IMG/VR virus record: IMGVR_UViG_3300042273_000448 | Origin: a virus | Direction: 5' to 3' (one strand) | Length of the DNA: 64,000 nucleotides | Shown here: positions 36,915 to 48,877 of the stretch, piece by piece | How the letters are laid out: every line of letters begins with the position of its first letter | How positions within the stretch are numbered: position 1 is the stretch's first letter | Made by a program: the position numbers and the translations under genes | The notes under the pieces: model-generated | What the model saw: only the letters and a program-made list of their open reading frames with translations | What the model was told of the DNA's origin: nothing | Databases searched by the model: none

Positions 36915-37295
36915 ATGAACCTCAAGATTTTTACCCCTGAAGATTGGCAGCTCTATTCTGATATGCACAGGGATGCTCATGGTTTTCGCCCCCGATATTT
37001 CCCCTTCAACACAATGGAAGAATTTCTGAATGCCATAAAATCCCTGGATGATGAGATCTCTCGCCAGATTGAAGAACAGGAAGCTCAAGAAAAAGCAGAT
37101 TTGGCAAAGTTTGAAGAAAAAATCTCTGAAGTGAGAAAAACATGTAATTGTTCTTGGAAGAGAGCGTTTGAGATTTTGATGGAAGCTGAGGAGTCCCCCT
37201 ATGGAATGTATGATATTGATTATTTTCTTTATGGATGGGGTATCTCTGGAAAGGATTCATATGACTTAATTAATAGATTTAAAGTGGAGGAATAA
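36915..37295 (+). CDS. hypothetical protein
   Basis: 126 aa ORF with AGGAGG upstream. Confidence 0.45.
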   Translation: MNLKIFTPEDWQLYSDMHRDAHGFRPRYFPFNTMEEFLNAIKSLDDEISRQIEEQEAQEKADLAKFEEKISEVRKTCNCSWKRAFEILMEAEESPYGMYDIDYFLYGWGISGKDSYDLINRFKVEE

Positions 37296-37345
37296 ATGAG
37301 TGTGAATTAGGTTTATTTTAGAATTAGATAAAAATATTATAAAAT

Positions 37346-37372
37346 AAAAAGGAGCCTTTGGGCTCCTTTTTA
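37346..37372 (+). terminator. rho-independent terminator (GGAGCCtttgGGCTCC + T-run)
   Basis: aaaaaGGAGCCtttgGGCTCCttttta. Confidence 0.65.
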
Positions 37373-37526
37373 TTCTTTTAATTTTTCATTTTCAAATTTT
37401 TGTATTTTTTTAATAAGTTTATTAATATATTCTTCTTCATGATTTTCATAGCCAACAAGTTCAATCCTAAATAATTCATCTATAGCTTTTTTATAATCAT
37501 CTATATTCTCTATTTTCATAATATTT

Positions 37527-39479
37527 CTACCTTGCATACCTATAAACTAAACACCCACAATCCCAAATTCTATCAAATCCATTCATTTGCATATTTTCCC
37601 ATTCAGTAAGATTAGGATCAAAATCCTTTAATAAACTTGGTAATTTATGTTTCATATAAACGGATCTATGTACCAACTTCCCATTAATAATGTACCAATA
37701 GGACGGAGCACTCTTATGACTAAATTCAAACCCAAGTTGTTCATATAAATTACCATTAGACCATCTACGATCTGCATAGGAAATTATTTCTTCAAATTCA
37801 TTGTTTCTAACAAAGTGTTTAAATAATTTACTTGCTCCCCCAATGACTTGTGTATTAAGTTTATTACAAAATCTTAAAAGCTCAAGTTTAGTTTTTCCTG
37901 TTATTTTTCTCTTACCAAAAGTCATACATGAAACAAGTTCATCATTATAAAAAAGCCCATATCTAATAGACGAATTACAATATCCTTGGAGGTGATTTTG
38001 AAGAAGAAAGATATTAGATTCTTCAAAAGTAAGAGATCTTATTTCGCATTTTCTAGCATATATTCTATTTTCAAAAATACCCAACTTAGAAAGAAGTGCA
38101 GATTTAACTATAGATTGTTTATCTTTCCATTCCGTTTCAAATATATGAATAAGTTGAATATTATTTTCATCACAAATATCTGTCTTATTTATATGATATT
38201 TTTTATTTTTATTTCCTGAAATTTCAGAATGATAATATATACCATCATATTCAATCCCCAAATTGGAATTTGGAATAAAGATATCTATCTCAAGACCATC
38301 TAAAATTTCTTTATTTCCCCTGCGATGATTAATATTCAAAAATTTTGCTATTTCGTTTTCTGCCTTACTAGTTCCTCCCTTAACTCTACAGGAACAAGAA
38401 ACTCCTTTATTTATTAATTCTATAGATAATGGTCTGATATTTTTACATCTTAAACATTTAACATCGGTCGTTTTTAGAGGACTAAGAGCAAATTCATATC
38501 TAGATGCTATCATTTCATAATCATTATCTTTACAATAATTATATATTAATGGATATTTTTTAAATCTCGCAATAATATTACTATGTTTATTTCCACAATT
38601 AGTACAATAGCTTCTATAACCATTTCTTAATAATGGTGTTTTCTCTTTTTTACAAATATAACATATTCTTTCTTTTGGATTATTATTTAGAATAAGGTAA
38701 TATATTTCTCTATGAGTAAAATCCGCATAATAGATGTTTATACTTTTATATAATTTTGGGGACTTGTTAAGAATTTTTATGGCAACATTTTGAAAATCAT
38801 AATTGAATTTAGCTAAAAATAAAAGAAAAATTTTATTGGTTCTTTCTAATGAATAAACTTTAATATCTGAAGATTTTAAAATTTTAATTCCTCTATTATT
38901 TCTTTCCTTTTTAACATCTTGGTTAGGATCACGTTTTCTTATTAAATCTGGATTATTTATAGCACATATTCTTGAACAAAATTTTCTATATCCCCATGAC
39001 TCTAATAATGTGTTAAATGGTAATATATTTCCACAAAGAGGGCATACAGGAATATTTTTTAAATTAAAAACATAATGGAATATTTTTTGAGATAATATAC
39101 TGTTAGTAATATTGGATTTAATGTCATTAAAAAACAATTCTATTTGTTGTATTGTTTTTGGATATTTGTTTTTTAATATTTTAATATATCTTTTGGGGTA
39201 TTTAACTCTTAATTCTAAAATTTCCTCTTTTGTTAATATAATATCAGTAGATTCATTAAGAAGTGCTTTTTCATTTCCAATTTTTTCTCTATATATTTGA
39301 GACTTAGTCATACATTCATATGAACAATATTGTATATTATGTTTTCCTTTACTTAAAAAAGGCTCACCACATTCTAGACATAAATCATGATAATAATATG
39401 TACCATCATTACCTCTAAAATTTCCTCTATTGCTTAATTTAATATTATGTTTTTCTAGATTGTCTCAACAAATAATCAT
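37527..39479 (-). CDS. zinc-finger / PD-(D/E)xK-like nuclease protein with extra C-terminal domain (about 650 aa, 1 TGA)
   Basis: Track ORF 37527..39311 extended upstream in frame through TGA (39465-39467) to ATG 39477-39479 (MIIC-W-DNLEKHN...CLECGEPF...). Multiple CxxC pairs. Nuclease core LGIEYDGIYYHSE...ENNIQLIHIFE. Late promoter and GC-rich leader upstream. Confidence 0.5.
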
Positions 39480-39494
39480 GATAGTCTACTCCCA

Positions 39495-39545
39495 TAGAAT
39501 TTGAAATTTAAAGAGAAGTTAGAGGGATGTGGGAGCAACCCTCAG
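39495..39545 (-). other. GC-rich about 48-nt hairpin-forming element in the 5' leader of the nuclease gene
   Basis: Minus strand GGAGAAGGACAACACCGGCCAGTGCTGAGGGTTGCTCCCACATCCCTC, with stem GAGGG..CCCTC. Lies between TATAAATA (39594-39601) and ATG 39479. Confidence 0.3.
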
Positions 39546-39593
39546 CACTGGCCGGTGTTGTCCTTCTCCATTAAATTTAAAGATAAGATATTT

Positions 39594-39601
39594 TATTTAT
39601 A
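39594..39601 (-). promoter_or_regulatory. late promoter TATAAATA (minus strand)
   Basis: Plus-strand tatttata 39594-39601. Confidence 0.45.
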
Positions 39602-39615
39602 TTGTAAATAAAAAA

Positions 39616-41556
39616 TTAAGAAACCGCACCTGCTCCAATTAGTTCATCGAAGTTAGCCCCAGTTTTTGTTGCGATAAAGTTAAGCCGGATAAACTCGACT
39701 GCTCTGGCGGGCTGGATCCATATATTCCCAACTAGCTCGTTACGATCAATTCTTTCTGGGGTATTAGTTGTTTCATCAATCTGGACCTTGAAGGCATAAA
39801 TGCCACGGCGGCCCTGAATATCACGAAGGAAAGGCTCAATCATATTGGTCATTAACATCCAAGTAATTTCATCGTTCATCTCGAATAAAAAGTATTTGGC
39901 ACTTTTTGCGATGGCTTTTTCCAATATGAGGAACAACCTGCGAACATTAATTCTATTAAATGCACTCTGTTTATCTAATAGGGTCTTCTGTCCTCAAACT
40001 ACTTTGCCCTGACCACTAAAAGAAACAACAGGGTTAATTCCTGCAACATACATTGCATCTCGATTTCCTTCAGTAGGATTAAAAGCAAGTCTACGAACAC
40101 CAGTTAGAATAGCTCTATTCAATCCAGCAGGTGCTCACCATGCATCAGCTACATCATCTGTATGAGCATATAGACCAGCCATATGACCGGAGAGAGGAAG
40201 CCAACGATATTTTTTGTTCCAAGTATCAAATACTTCGATCCAGTTACCATATAGAGCAGCATATGAAGTATTAGGATTAAATGTAGAACCAGCTTGTCCT
40301 TTTCTCCATTTTACCATATCTAATGTTTCAGAACCTTTGTTGTTTAGAACATGGGATCTTAGAACATCAAGTACAACAAAACAATCTCTACGAATTGATT
40401 CACAAAGCTCTACAAGGTAGGTTTTTACAGTTACACCCTTATCTGATTCGATAAAGAGATTGACATCAATTTCTTCAGGATTAGCATAAAGATTATATGC
40501 TTCAATACAAGCAGCATCTTCACCAGCCTGAACAGTTACATCTTCATGTCTTCCAAATACACCATTCTTTCCACCAGAAAGGGTGGCCATACGAGTCATA
40601 ATGGCCCCAATCGCGGGCGAATCAATTTCTGTAGTTGTTTTAAAGACAGGATTCAAAGCTACATTAATATACTTTGACTGTTCATTTACAACAGTCTCAA
40701 CAAAATTAGAAACGCCGGAATCATCAATTGAATTTTCATCAGAAGAAACAATGAAGACCTCTTTGTCTTCCCATATTGTTGAACCCTGATCTTTAGCTTG
40801 GACTACGATTGTGAATTGTTTTTCATCAGTCATAGGAGTATCGAGATCACGAATTACAACAAATGGAAGATCATCCTGGTAACCAGGAGTTCCAAAATCG
40901 GGATTAGCTTCATAATCTACCCACATTCCAGATACTGCTGCCGTAGCTGAAGCAGTTAAAGATACGCCAGAAGGAATATCAAATGTTTCAGTCTGTGTAT
41001 CAAAATACTTAACAGCATCATATGTGGCCTTGTCATAAACAAGTAAACGAGTATTGTTTCCAAATTCACCACGATATTTAGCAAGTACCCAAAGTGGGTC
41101 ATCTTCACCCATTAAAGTGTCTACCATTTCAGGGAACATCTTCATATCAGTTGTTCCTAATGAGGTATAGGTATAAGGACCATCATCTTCAGTTCCTTCA
41201 ACAGTTCCAGTAGCTTCAAAAGTGAAGTTAGCAGTGGCTTCCTGGGTAGAATTTGTTCCAGTTAAAATTTTTGTACCAGCAAAAGTAGCATCAGTAGGCA
41301 TAACCCTTGTACAATAGAGCATGCTTCCATATTTAAGATATCCTGCAGAAGACAGAATATCAATAAAAGAACTATCAGCAGGTTTACCAAATGCATCAAT
41401 AAGTTCATCTGTATTTGTTACTAAATACTGTTCGTATTCAGGGCCTTTGTATGTTTTTCTTAGGACGTTTACAGCAATAGAAGTTGCTACTGCAGGAATT
41501 GTGGTGCTTAGATCCACTTCCCTCGTCGCCACGCCCGGCGAAATTCCGAAACTCAT
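39616..41556 (-). CDS. gp18: tail sheath protein, T4 gp18-like (about 646 aa, 2 TGA)
   Basis: Track ORFs 40135..41556 and 39616..39936 are in frame, joined through TGA at 40135-40137 and about 39979. C-terminus NELVGNIWIQPARAVEFIRLNFIATKTGANFDELIGAGA matches T4 gp18 NEFVATFYIQPARSINYITLNFVATATGADFDELTGLAG. Confidence 0.85.
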
Positions 41557-41606
41557 GTATTGTTTCCTCCATAAATTAGAATCTAAGAATCATTAGATTA
41601 TAATTA

Positions 41607-41614
41607 TATTTATA
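41607..41614 (-). promoter_or_regulatory. late promoter TATAAATA (minus strand) upstream of the sheath gene
   Basis: Plus-strand tatttata 41607-41614, 50 nt before ATG 41556. Confidence 0.5.
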
Positions 41615-41619
41615 TATTT

Positions 41620-42117
41620 TTATCCTCTTTCCATTCTATCATAAGAAATTGTTGCATTACATTCAATGTAAGTTTCACCCTCTCTATAAGATAATGTTAC
41701 TGTTCCCAAATCCATAGGGAAACAATTTATCAATTTTAATTTTAAAATACTTTTTCCAAAATTATCCATAATCATAATATAAGAATCTGTAGTATAAGTT
41801 CTGGGGTGCTTACTTAATACATCTTTATTGTTGTTGATGTTTGTCATTCAATCAAAAAGAACTTGTCAGTTTTTGAATTCTTCATCAATCATGAAATCAA
41901 AAGTGAAGTCTGCAAAAAGTAAAGTTCCATCTGCTCTTTTTGTGTCTCATCCCTGCCAACTTATTGGTGTACTGTCAAATGACATACTAGGAATAACAAC
42001 ATTGAACAGATTTAGTGTTAGTTCCTTACTGTCTTGTAATTCAGTAGAAAAAGGTAAAACAGGGAAATATAATTGAAAGTTATTTCCAGAAGCTATATTT
42101 AAAGTAGTGCAGCCCAT
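41620..42117 (-). CDS. tail tube family protein (T4 gp19/gp54-like), about 165 aa, 3 TGA
   Basis: Manual translation MGCTTLNIASGNNFQLYF...TLLFADFTFDFMIDEEFKN-W-QVLFD-W-MTNI...IECNATISYDRMERG. Compare T4 gp19 DRTFDDWTVTVMNDEAHDARQKFVDWQSIA and the ...LDYWE end. Confidence 0.45.
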
Positions 42118-42120
42118 TAT

Positions 42121-42826
42121 GCGTCTCCAGGAATAAGTTCATATGAGCTTATTACTTGATTATCATCATTCATATATCCAGATAAATGCATAGTTTCATA
42201 CACTAAATCATTATTTCTCATTTCAAGAAAAATTTCCTCAATGTATTTTCCAGCACTTATTGGCTGTAATGCAAATGTATGAACAGTAAAATTTAATTTT
42301 CAATTTATCATTCTATAATCATCTTCTGGGATATCTGTTTCCATATCAGGGGAAATAGATTCTAAAATGACTTTACAATCAAAATGATTATCTATTTCAG
42401 GAATTGATACCCTTGTAATTACATATGGAGTAAAATAAGGAATAATTTGTTCAAAAATTTGATCTATTTCATTATGAAACAATGTAGAAATTGCAAGCTC
42501 ATATTCAATAGTATATGGAACTAATGTCTTATGATATAACTGTCTATCACAAGACAAGACTTTCATATGTTTATTTGTTCCTCGTTCATTTATCGCAGGA
42601 GAAATACTTGTAATATAAGCACTCATCATTGGTAGTTTTATTTCATGTTTCCTTTCATATAATCAATAATAAAACTTTTCTTTTGGTGCATACTTTAAAG
42701 GAACAGTTACAAATTCCCTTACTGATCCATCTGAATTATATTTAGCAATCTTAATATTGTTAAAAATATTAAGAAATTGAATAGTTGTTTTTCGTAATGT
42801 ATGATAATGAAAAAATGTATCCATAG
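42121..42826 (-). CDS. hypothetical tail-module structural protein (about 235 aa, 2 TGA)
   Basis: Track ORF 42300..42629 extended on both sides in frame (MDTFFHYHTLRKTT...YY-W-LYERK... and ...RMIN-W-KLNFTVHTF...). Confidence 0.4.
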
Positions 42827-43500
42827 TTTATCCTAATCTAAAGTATCATATCCATAATAAGAAGAATCTACACTATTATTGTCAATAGCATCAGATTCTT
42901 CTTCTACTGTATCGTTGTCGCCGAATGCTGATAGAGGTTTTGATATATATTCAAAGTTGATTCCAGGGAAATCAATATCATTCGGTGTATTGAAAACAAT
43001 CTCATCTGCTGAAGCACTTTGTGAACTGTGTCTGAATGGTTTACAAATAAAATCTCAAACCATTTTTTTGCCCTGAAAAATTTTAGATTCGGCACCAACA
43101 TCAGTAATTTCATACATTTTGTTATTTCATAAAGTTTTAATAACATCACCAACTTTAGGAATAAAATCATATGAAATATCTCTTGAAAAAACTGATTTTG
43201 TCATCATCATTGATGTAATAACATCATCAGATGAGAACCCAAAAGAATTTAATACTTCTGTTTCATTTGTAGGTTCATATATAATTTTTGTTCTATATGG
43301 ACCATTCCAATTCATATTAGGAATTTCTCCATATAGAAGATCTATGTTTCCATTTTGAGCATCTAATACATAATACTCAATTGCAAAACCAGAAACATCA
43401 TTAAATTCCGAGGCAATTGAATCAAACAATTCATATTCTTGTTCTACCTGTTGAAAGTCTAAAAGCTCTCATTCAGGTTTAAAATTTACATCTAAAGTCA
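42826..43500 (-). CDS. hypothetical tail-module structural protein (about 224 aa, several TGA)
   Basis: Track ORFs 42904..43170 and 43127..43429 lie in this interval. The manually merged reading starts at ATG near 43500 and ends at TAG near 42826. Confidence 0.35.
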
Positions 43501-43529
43501 TTTTGTATTCCTCATATAACTATTTATCG

Positions 43530-43934
43530 AGAAATCTTAGCATAACCCGAAACACTTTCTGAGAAGGTTAAAACAACCTGATTGACAGAGGTAAAAGAAA
43601 CAGAATCCGGGAAAATTTGGAGATAAGAAGAATCAGCAGCAATTATTTGTACTAATCTTGAATTTAAATTATGATTAATTGTTCATGTTGTGGAAGCAGA
43701 ACTTTGAGTGTGTTCATATGAGTGGGTATGTGTAAATATTGTACCGGTTAAAACAGCTTCAACATTAGATTTTGTTATTTCTTTAATTGGAATAATAGAT
43801 TCTGTTCCATTATTCTTTTTTAAATAAAGTACACCATCAAAAGTATTGATTGCTATTTCACCAAGAGACAAATCTCCAATAAGAGGAGATTTTGATGCCA
43901 CAGAAGACTTTTTGTGAATAATAGTATTTGCCAT
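43530..43934 (-). CDS. short tail-fibre-like protein sharing the N-terminal module of 44025..45470 (about 134 aa, 1 TGA)
   Basis: MANTIIHKKSSVASKSPLIGDLSLGEIAINTFDGVLYLKKNNG parallels MSNTIRIKRRAIGGAIGAPSSLENAELAFNEADDTLYYGKGTG. Confidence 0.4.
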
Positions 43935-44024
43935 AAAGATGGACTCCTTGTACGCTTAAAGAAGCAGGAATAAAAAAAGGGGATATAGAAATATCCCCAT
44001 AAAATATTTCTTATTTTTATTTAT

Positions 44025-45470
44025 TTAGAATGTTCCACCGTCAATAGTGATCCCATCAAAAGTTGTTAAGTTTGTAATTGAGCCGCCAGTAATTGCAACG
44101 CTTGATGCTGCTTGAGTAGCAATTGTTCCTAATCCTAAAGTAGTTCTTGCAGTTGAAGCATTATCATCATCAATTAATGATCTACCAAAAGATGTTAATG
44201 CTGTTAAGGAGGCAGTAGAAGCACTTGTATAATAAGCAATTCTATCAGCTGCTGGGGTTAAGGTACCAACAGTAGACAATGCAGTAGACAATGAAATAGT
44301 TGGGTTAGCTGATACGCCATTTCCATCTGCGACGGATATGCCAGTTCCTGAAGTAGAAATAGTTCTTGAAGTAACAGTTCCAGATCCAGTTCTTGTTATT
44401 AACCCATTTGTAGATAAATTATGTAATGCTAAAGACTGTCCTGTTAAAGCAACATCATCAGCACCAACTGTGATACCCGTTCCTGCACCAACATTAAGTG
44501 TATTGCCATCTTTTGATAAACCCGTCCCAGCAGTTATTGATCCTGCGCTTGAAAACTGAACCCATGTAATCGCCGTTGTATCTAATGTACCACCACTATT
44601 TGCGGAACATAACCAACCAGTATCGGCGTTTGTAGTACCTTCCTCAACAAATACGAATGCTGAAACAACTTCATCCCATGAATTCATATCCGCAGCGCGA
44701 GTCCATGCACTACCAGAAACAATATAAATACCATTCTGTGAACTTGTTGTTTGGTTTTTTACTAATACTCTATCCCCATCTATAACAGAAATATCATCAA
44801 TTGTTTGTGTTGCAGATAATGTGATATTACCTGTTGTCGCTGCCTTTACAGAGTTCTTTGGTTTAATGCCCTGAATTGCAGTATCAACATATAATTTATT
44901 TGCAGCATCATTATCATTAACAGGTGTTGCAAGATTTGTAATTCTAACATCATTAAATGATACATTTGATTCTGGTTCGGCCATTTGGTCTAAACCGGAT
45001 AATCTTACTTGGGTATCAAAATCAGATATTTTGGAAGCTGTTAATGAAGGGATATCAGAAGCACTAAGTGTTGAACCTAGCGTAACATATCCGTTTGAAT
45101 TTATAGTAACCTTTGTAAATGTTCCCGTAACTACACCAGTAGGGGCAGGAACATATCCTATTGATTTTACAAAAGCTGTTGTAGCTACCTTTGTTGAATC
45201 ATCAGTAGAATCCTGAGTTGGAGCAATAACTGTACCTACAAAAGTTTTTTCTCCGTCTATAGTTTGATCAATATTATTTTTTGAAACAAAGGCTCCTATA
45301 CCACCAATAGGTTCTATAGTTGTAGCAGAACCCCCTACACCACCTGTTCCTTTACCATAATACAAAGTATCATCTGCCTCATTAAATGCTAATTCTGCAT
45401 TTTCAAGAGAAGAAGGGGCACCTATGGCACCACCTATAGCGCGTCTTTTAATTCTAATAGTATTTGACAT
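44025..45470 (-). CDS. tail fibre protein
   Basis: 481 aa, Gly/Thr/Ser/Ala-rich, with the conserved fibre N-terminal module. Confidence 0.55.
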   Translation of the reverse strand: MSNTIRIKRRAIGGAIGAPSSLENAELAFNEADDTLYYGKGTGGVGGSATTIEPIGGIGAFVSKNNIDQTIDGEKTFVGTVIAPTQDSTDDSTKVATTAFVKSIGYVPAPTGVVTGTFTKVTINSNGYVTLGSTLSASDIPSLTASKISDFDTQVRLSGLDQMAEPESNVSFNDVRITNLATPVNDNDAANKLYVDTAIQGIKPKNSVKAATTGNITLSATQTIDDISVIDGDRVLVKNQTTSSQNGIYIVSGSAWTRAADMNSWDEVVSAFVFVEEGTTNADTGWLCSANSGGTLDTTAITWVQFSSAGSITAGTGLSKDGNTLNVGAGTGITVGADDVALTGQSLALHNLSTNGLITRTGSGTVTSRTISTSGTGISVADGNGVSANPTISLSTALSTVGTLTPAADRIAYYTSASTASLTALTSFGRSLIDDDNASTARTTLGLGTIATQAASSVAITGGSITNLTTFDGITIDGGTF

Positions 45471-45679
45471 TTATGTTTCCTTTAAAAATTACCACCATCT
45501 AAGATAGTTTCCTTTTTAATATTTTTTCATTTTCCTAGAGAACTTGAATATTGTAATAAATCACTATCACTAACATTTTCTATTTGAAAAATATTTATAG
45601 CTTCACTTAATTGTTTAATATCTGTGCCAACTGCATTTGCAAAGTTCGCTAATGTTTCTTCACTTGTCATTTTAATCCC

Positions 45680-45940
45680 CTATACTTTAGCTTCCTCATA
45701 AATGGAAGTTAAATCAAAATCTATCTCTGGAACAAATAACCCACCTTCAACAGTTCTTGATAATCTATTTCCATCATTGGGGCTTACCAAAGATGAAAAA
45801 TTTGCTGTTTCAATGGATATATCATATGATCTTTCTTCCTTTATAACCTCTACTGAAATATCATTAGAAAGAAGATCTACCTCAATACTATATTTATTAT
45901 CTTTTATACCTTCGATATTTACATCAAATACATTTCCCAT
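45680..45940 (-). CDS. hypothetical protein
   Basis: 86 aa ORF. Confidence 0.35.
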   Translation of the reverse strand: MGNVFDVNIEGIKDNKYSIEVDLLSNDISVEVIKEERSYDISIETANFSSLVSPNDGNRLSRTVEGGLFVPEIDFDLTSIYEEAKV

Positions 45941-45971
45941 AATATTACCTTGTTATATCATTTATAACATT

Positions 45972-46292
45972 TCAAACTATTTCTGGAATAATGGTGAAGT
46001 ATCTTTCATCTTGTGTCTTAACTTGCACATCAGAAAATAAATTTCCTCCGGGAAGAGTAAGAACACGACCAGAAATATTAAAAACACCATTAGAACCATC
46101 TATGATTTGAATAGTTCCATCTGTTGTTGACCATTCTGCTAATACGGCATCAGAAGGTTTCCTTCCTCTTCTTATTTGCATTTTAATTTCTGTGGATGTT
46201 AAATCCAATGGATCGCCATTTACCCTAACAGTAATAGGCCCCATACCATTTCACCAATCCCCAGAAATATGTGTAGGTAGTTCTATTTTTTC
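45972..46292 (-). CDS. hypothetical protein (about 106 aa, 1 TGA)
   Basis: Track ORF 45972..46244 extended to MEKIELPTHISGDW-W-NGMGPITV.... Confidence 0.35.
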
Positions 46293-46304
46293 CATTTTAA
46301 ATCC

Positions 46305-46598
46305 TTAATAAGTTACTTTTGATCCACCAATAGTGCAATGACAAAAAGGCTTTCCTTTACTTAGACAACCTTCACAAGGATTGTCGCTTGATCCAGCTGT
46401 ATAAAATTTAAACTTTGGTTGATCCTCATAAGGCGTAGGCCAATCTTTTACCCATTTAAAAGTTTTTAAAGGATTCTCAATCTCCATTGGTACATGAGGA
46501 TTGTTATTTATTACTACTTTATAACATTCACATTCGTTTACATAAGGACTTAAACACTTTCCACATTTAGGACAAATCCACCCAAGTTTCTTTTCCAT
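46305..46598 (-). CDS. Cys-rich small protein (putative zinc-binding)
   Basis: 97 aa containing CPKCGKC, CEC, CEGC and CHC. Its ATG overlaps the upstream stop by 1 nt. Confidence 0.45.
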   Translation of the reverse strand: MEKKLGWICPKCGKCLSPYVNECECYKVVINNNPHVPMEIENPLKTFKWVKDWPTPYEDQPKFKFYTAGSSDNPCEGCLSKGKPFCHCTIGGSKVTY

Positions 46599-47400
46599 TA
46601 TATTGCTCCCATTGTAATACCATACCCTTCATAGGCATAGTTAGTATCAATTTCTTCTATTAGTCTATCCATTTCTTCTTTGCCTTCAGAAATTAATTCA
46701 GCACCATCCAAAGTTATTCCAGTATTTCCTATTGAATTATAACTTGAAAACTTTCTTCTAATTTGACCTAATGTTGTTTTTAGTTTTGCTAATGCATATT
46801 TTTTAACTCAACCTTCACTAAGTGCTTGATCTTCAAAATCTAAATAGGTTCAGCCATCAACAAAGGATCCATCATATGCCATACATCTAACTAAAAGATA
46901 TCCAGCAAAATCCCATTCAGTTCCATTAATAGTTCTGACATCTTTTAAAACAGGAGTAGGACTCAAGTTAAGAATCTTTTTGTGTCTAGCATACTTAAAT
47001 GTATATTGCTCAGGCATATATCTTTCTAATGTTTCAATATAATCCATAGCAAGCTGATACCCAATTAGTCCACCAGATCCCATAAACTGTTGGGGGTCAA
47101 TATATCCTTGTGTGTATAAAAAATTCTCAATGGTAAAGAGAGTATTAATACCTGTACTCCATGTGTCAGATTTGAAGCCCAGTACGTCTGTAACATATGC
47201 TGGTAGGACATATTCATATTGACCAGCAGACAGTGGCATAGTAAAATAATATTCTTTTGTAGAATTACCTACTGCTCATTCTTCTCATTTTTCCAAAGCA
47301 TCATCGATGGCATCATTTAGATGATCATCTGTGACTTCAACTTTGTTATATGGATACCCCAAATCTCTTTTTAATCTTGCTCTTAAATCAGCTCTAGTCA
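46598..47400 (-). CDS. hypothetical structural protein (about 267 aa, 3 TGA)
   Basis: Track ORF 46850..47239 extended both ways in frame (MTRADLRARLKRDLGYPYNKV...EK-W-EE-W-AVGN... and ...FVDG-W-TYLDFEDQALSEG-W-VKK...GITMGAI). Confidence 0.45.
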
Positions 47401-47435
47401 TATTATTCCTCTAAAAAACTTTATTGTGTTTTAAT

Positions 47436-47443
47436 TATTTATA
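47436..47443 (-). promoter_or_regulatory. late promoter TATAAATA (minus strand)
   Basis: Plus-strand tatttata, 36 nt before ATG 47400. Confidence 0.5.
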
Positions 47444-47557
47444 GAAATTTCTAATGGAGAAAAAGAGGATTTTAAGAAATCCTAAATTATTAAAATTATT
47501 AACTATTCGAAATCCTAAGAAAATGATGTATAAAACATTACGTTTTTCTATAGATTT

Positions 47558-47591
47558 TGGTGGATTTCTCGTAAGTTATTGATATTATTAG
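47558..47591 (+). repeat. intergenic motif copy: TTGGTGGATTTCTCGTAAGTTATTGATATTATTAG
   Basis: Fourth copy, degenerate core. Confidence 0.55.
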
Positions 47592-47604
47592 GAAAACTAA
47601 GATT

Positions 47605-47637
47605 TTGGTGGATTTCTAAGTTATTGAAATAATTAAG
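47605..47637 (+). repeat. intergenic motif copy: TTGGTGGATTTCTAAGTTATTGAAATAATTAAG
   Basis: Fifth copy, 47 bp from copy 4, in the 590-bp divergent noncoding region. Confidence 0.6.
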
Positions 47638-47987
47638 CTTCCTGGAAACATGAAAAATCTCAAAATTTCCAGACTTTCTGATAAAAAAATATTCGAGATG
47701 TGGTATAAACTTGAATTTTCTCTATTTACAACTCCGGAGAAATATGATAGTTAATATATTAACTTGGTACGGAGGGTATAGTATATAGAATTATATTGAT
47801 TGGTGAAACAATATTTTGGTAATATGTACTTATGAATTTTTGATAAATAATTTATAAACTATATTAATTTGGATGAGGTAAAAGCTAGATGTGTGTAGCA
47901 ATTGGCTTAAAATTAAAAAATAGAAATAACAAGGAACAATGATTCCTCTATAAAATTAGGGATAGAGCGTATAAACCAAAATACTCC

Positions 47988-48863
47988 TTGAAATATTATT
48001 CTCATGATGGGATTTCATCAGCATTTCTAATTGATGAATATAATGATTGGACTGAAGGTATTAATTCAAAAGGCATAATGTTAGTTTCTGTTGCTTTGCA
48101 AAATCATGAAGATAAGAAAGACGGTAAAGTTAGACTATCTATTAAAAATAGAAAAACTAATAGAAATGGGATTATCTTAAGACAAGTTCTTAAAATGGAT
48201 AATATCAAAGATGTTGTTGATACTTTGGTTGAAGAAAGATTCGAAGGTAATACAATAGTCTCAGATGGGGAAAAACTTTTCTATTTAGAAATATTTCTTC
48301 ATAATAAAACCAAAGAAGCCATTTTAAGGAATTTAGAAATTGATCCAATTGAAGATGATGAAGATGTAAAGAAAATCTTACTTAAACATATTGTCCCTGA
48401 AGATTATAATGTAAAAGTTAAAGAAATTAAAGACTATAATTTGGTTGTTAGAACTAATCATGGAATTTTTTTAAAAGATGCTGGTTATACTAAAGAAGAT
48501 GGAGAAGGTTATAAGTCTTCTATAATGAGAAGAGATACTGTCATTGATGCTATAGAAAAAGAAGAACCAAATCATCCATTAGAAGTTTTAACAACATTAA
48601 AAAATCTAACTTCTAAAAATTTAGATAGAAATACAAAATTTTGCCCTATTAGAGAAGAACCCTCAGATTATATTTCGACATCTATAGTTCTATTAACTCC
48701 AACTTCTTCAATGTATGTTGTTCCTTTACAATGTTCTTTTAGTGATTCTTCTTTTGAAAGAGTTGTTAAGGATAGGGATGTTTCAATAGTTGTTCTACCT
48801 AAAAAATTAAAATTATTTGAGAATTCTATTGAAGGTAGAATTCAACATTATTTACTATCATAG
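47988..48863 (+). CDS. hypothetical protein
   Basis: 291 aa ORF. The start codon (TTG in the track) is uncertain. Confidence 0.45.
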   Translation: MKYYSHDGISSAFLIDEYNDWTEGINSKGIMLVSVALQNHEDKKDGKVRLSIKNRKTNRNGIILRQVLKMDNIKDVVDTLVEERFEGNTIVSDGEKLFYLEIFLHNKTKEAILRNLEIDPIEDDEDVKKILLKHIVPEDYNVKVKEIKDYNLVVRTNHGIFLKDAGYTKEDGEGYKSSIMRRDTVIDAIEKEEPNHPLEVLTTLKNLTSKNLDRNTKFCPIREEPSDYISTSIVLLTPTSSMYVVPLQCSFSDSSFERVVKDRDVSIVVLPKKLKLFENSIEGRIQHYLLS

Positions 48864-48877
48864 GAGTTTTTATTAAA

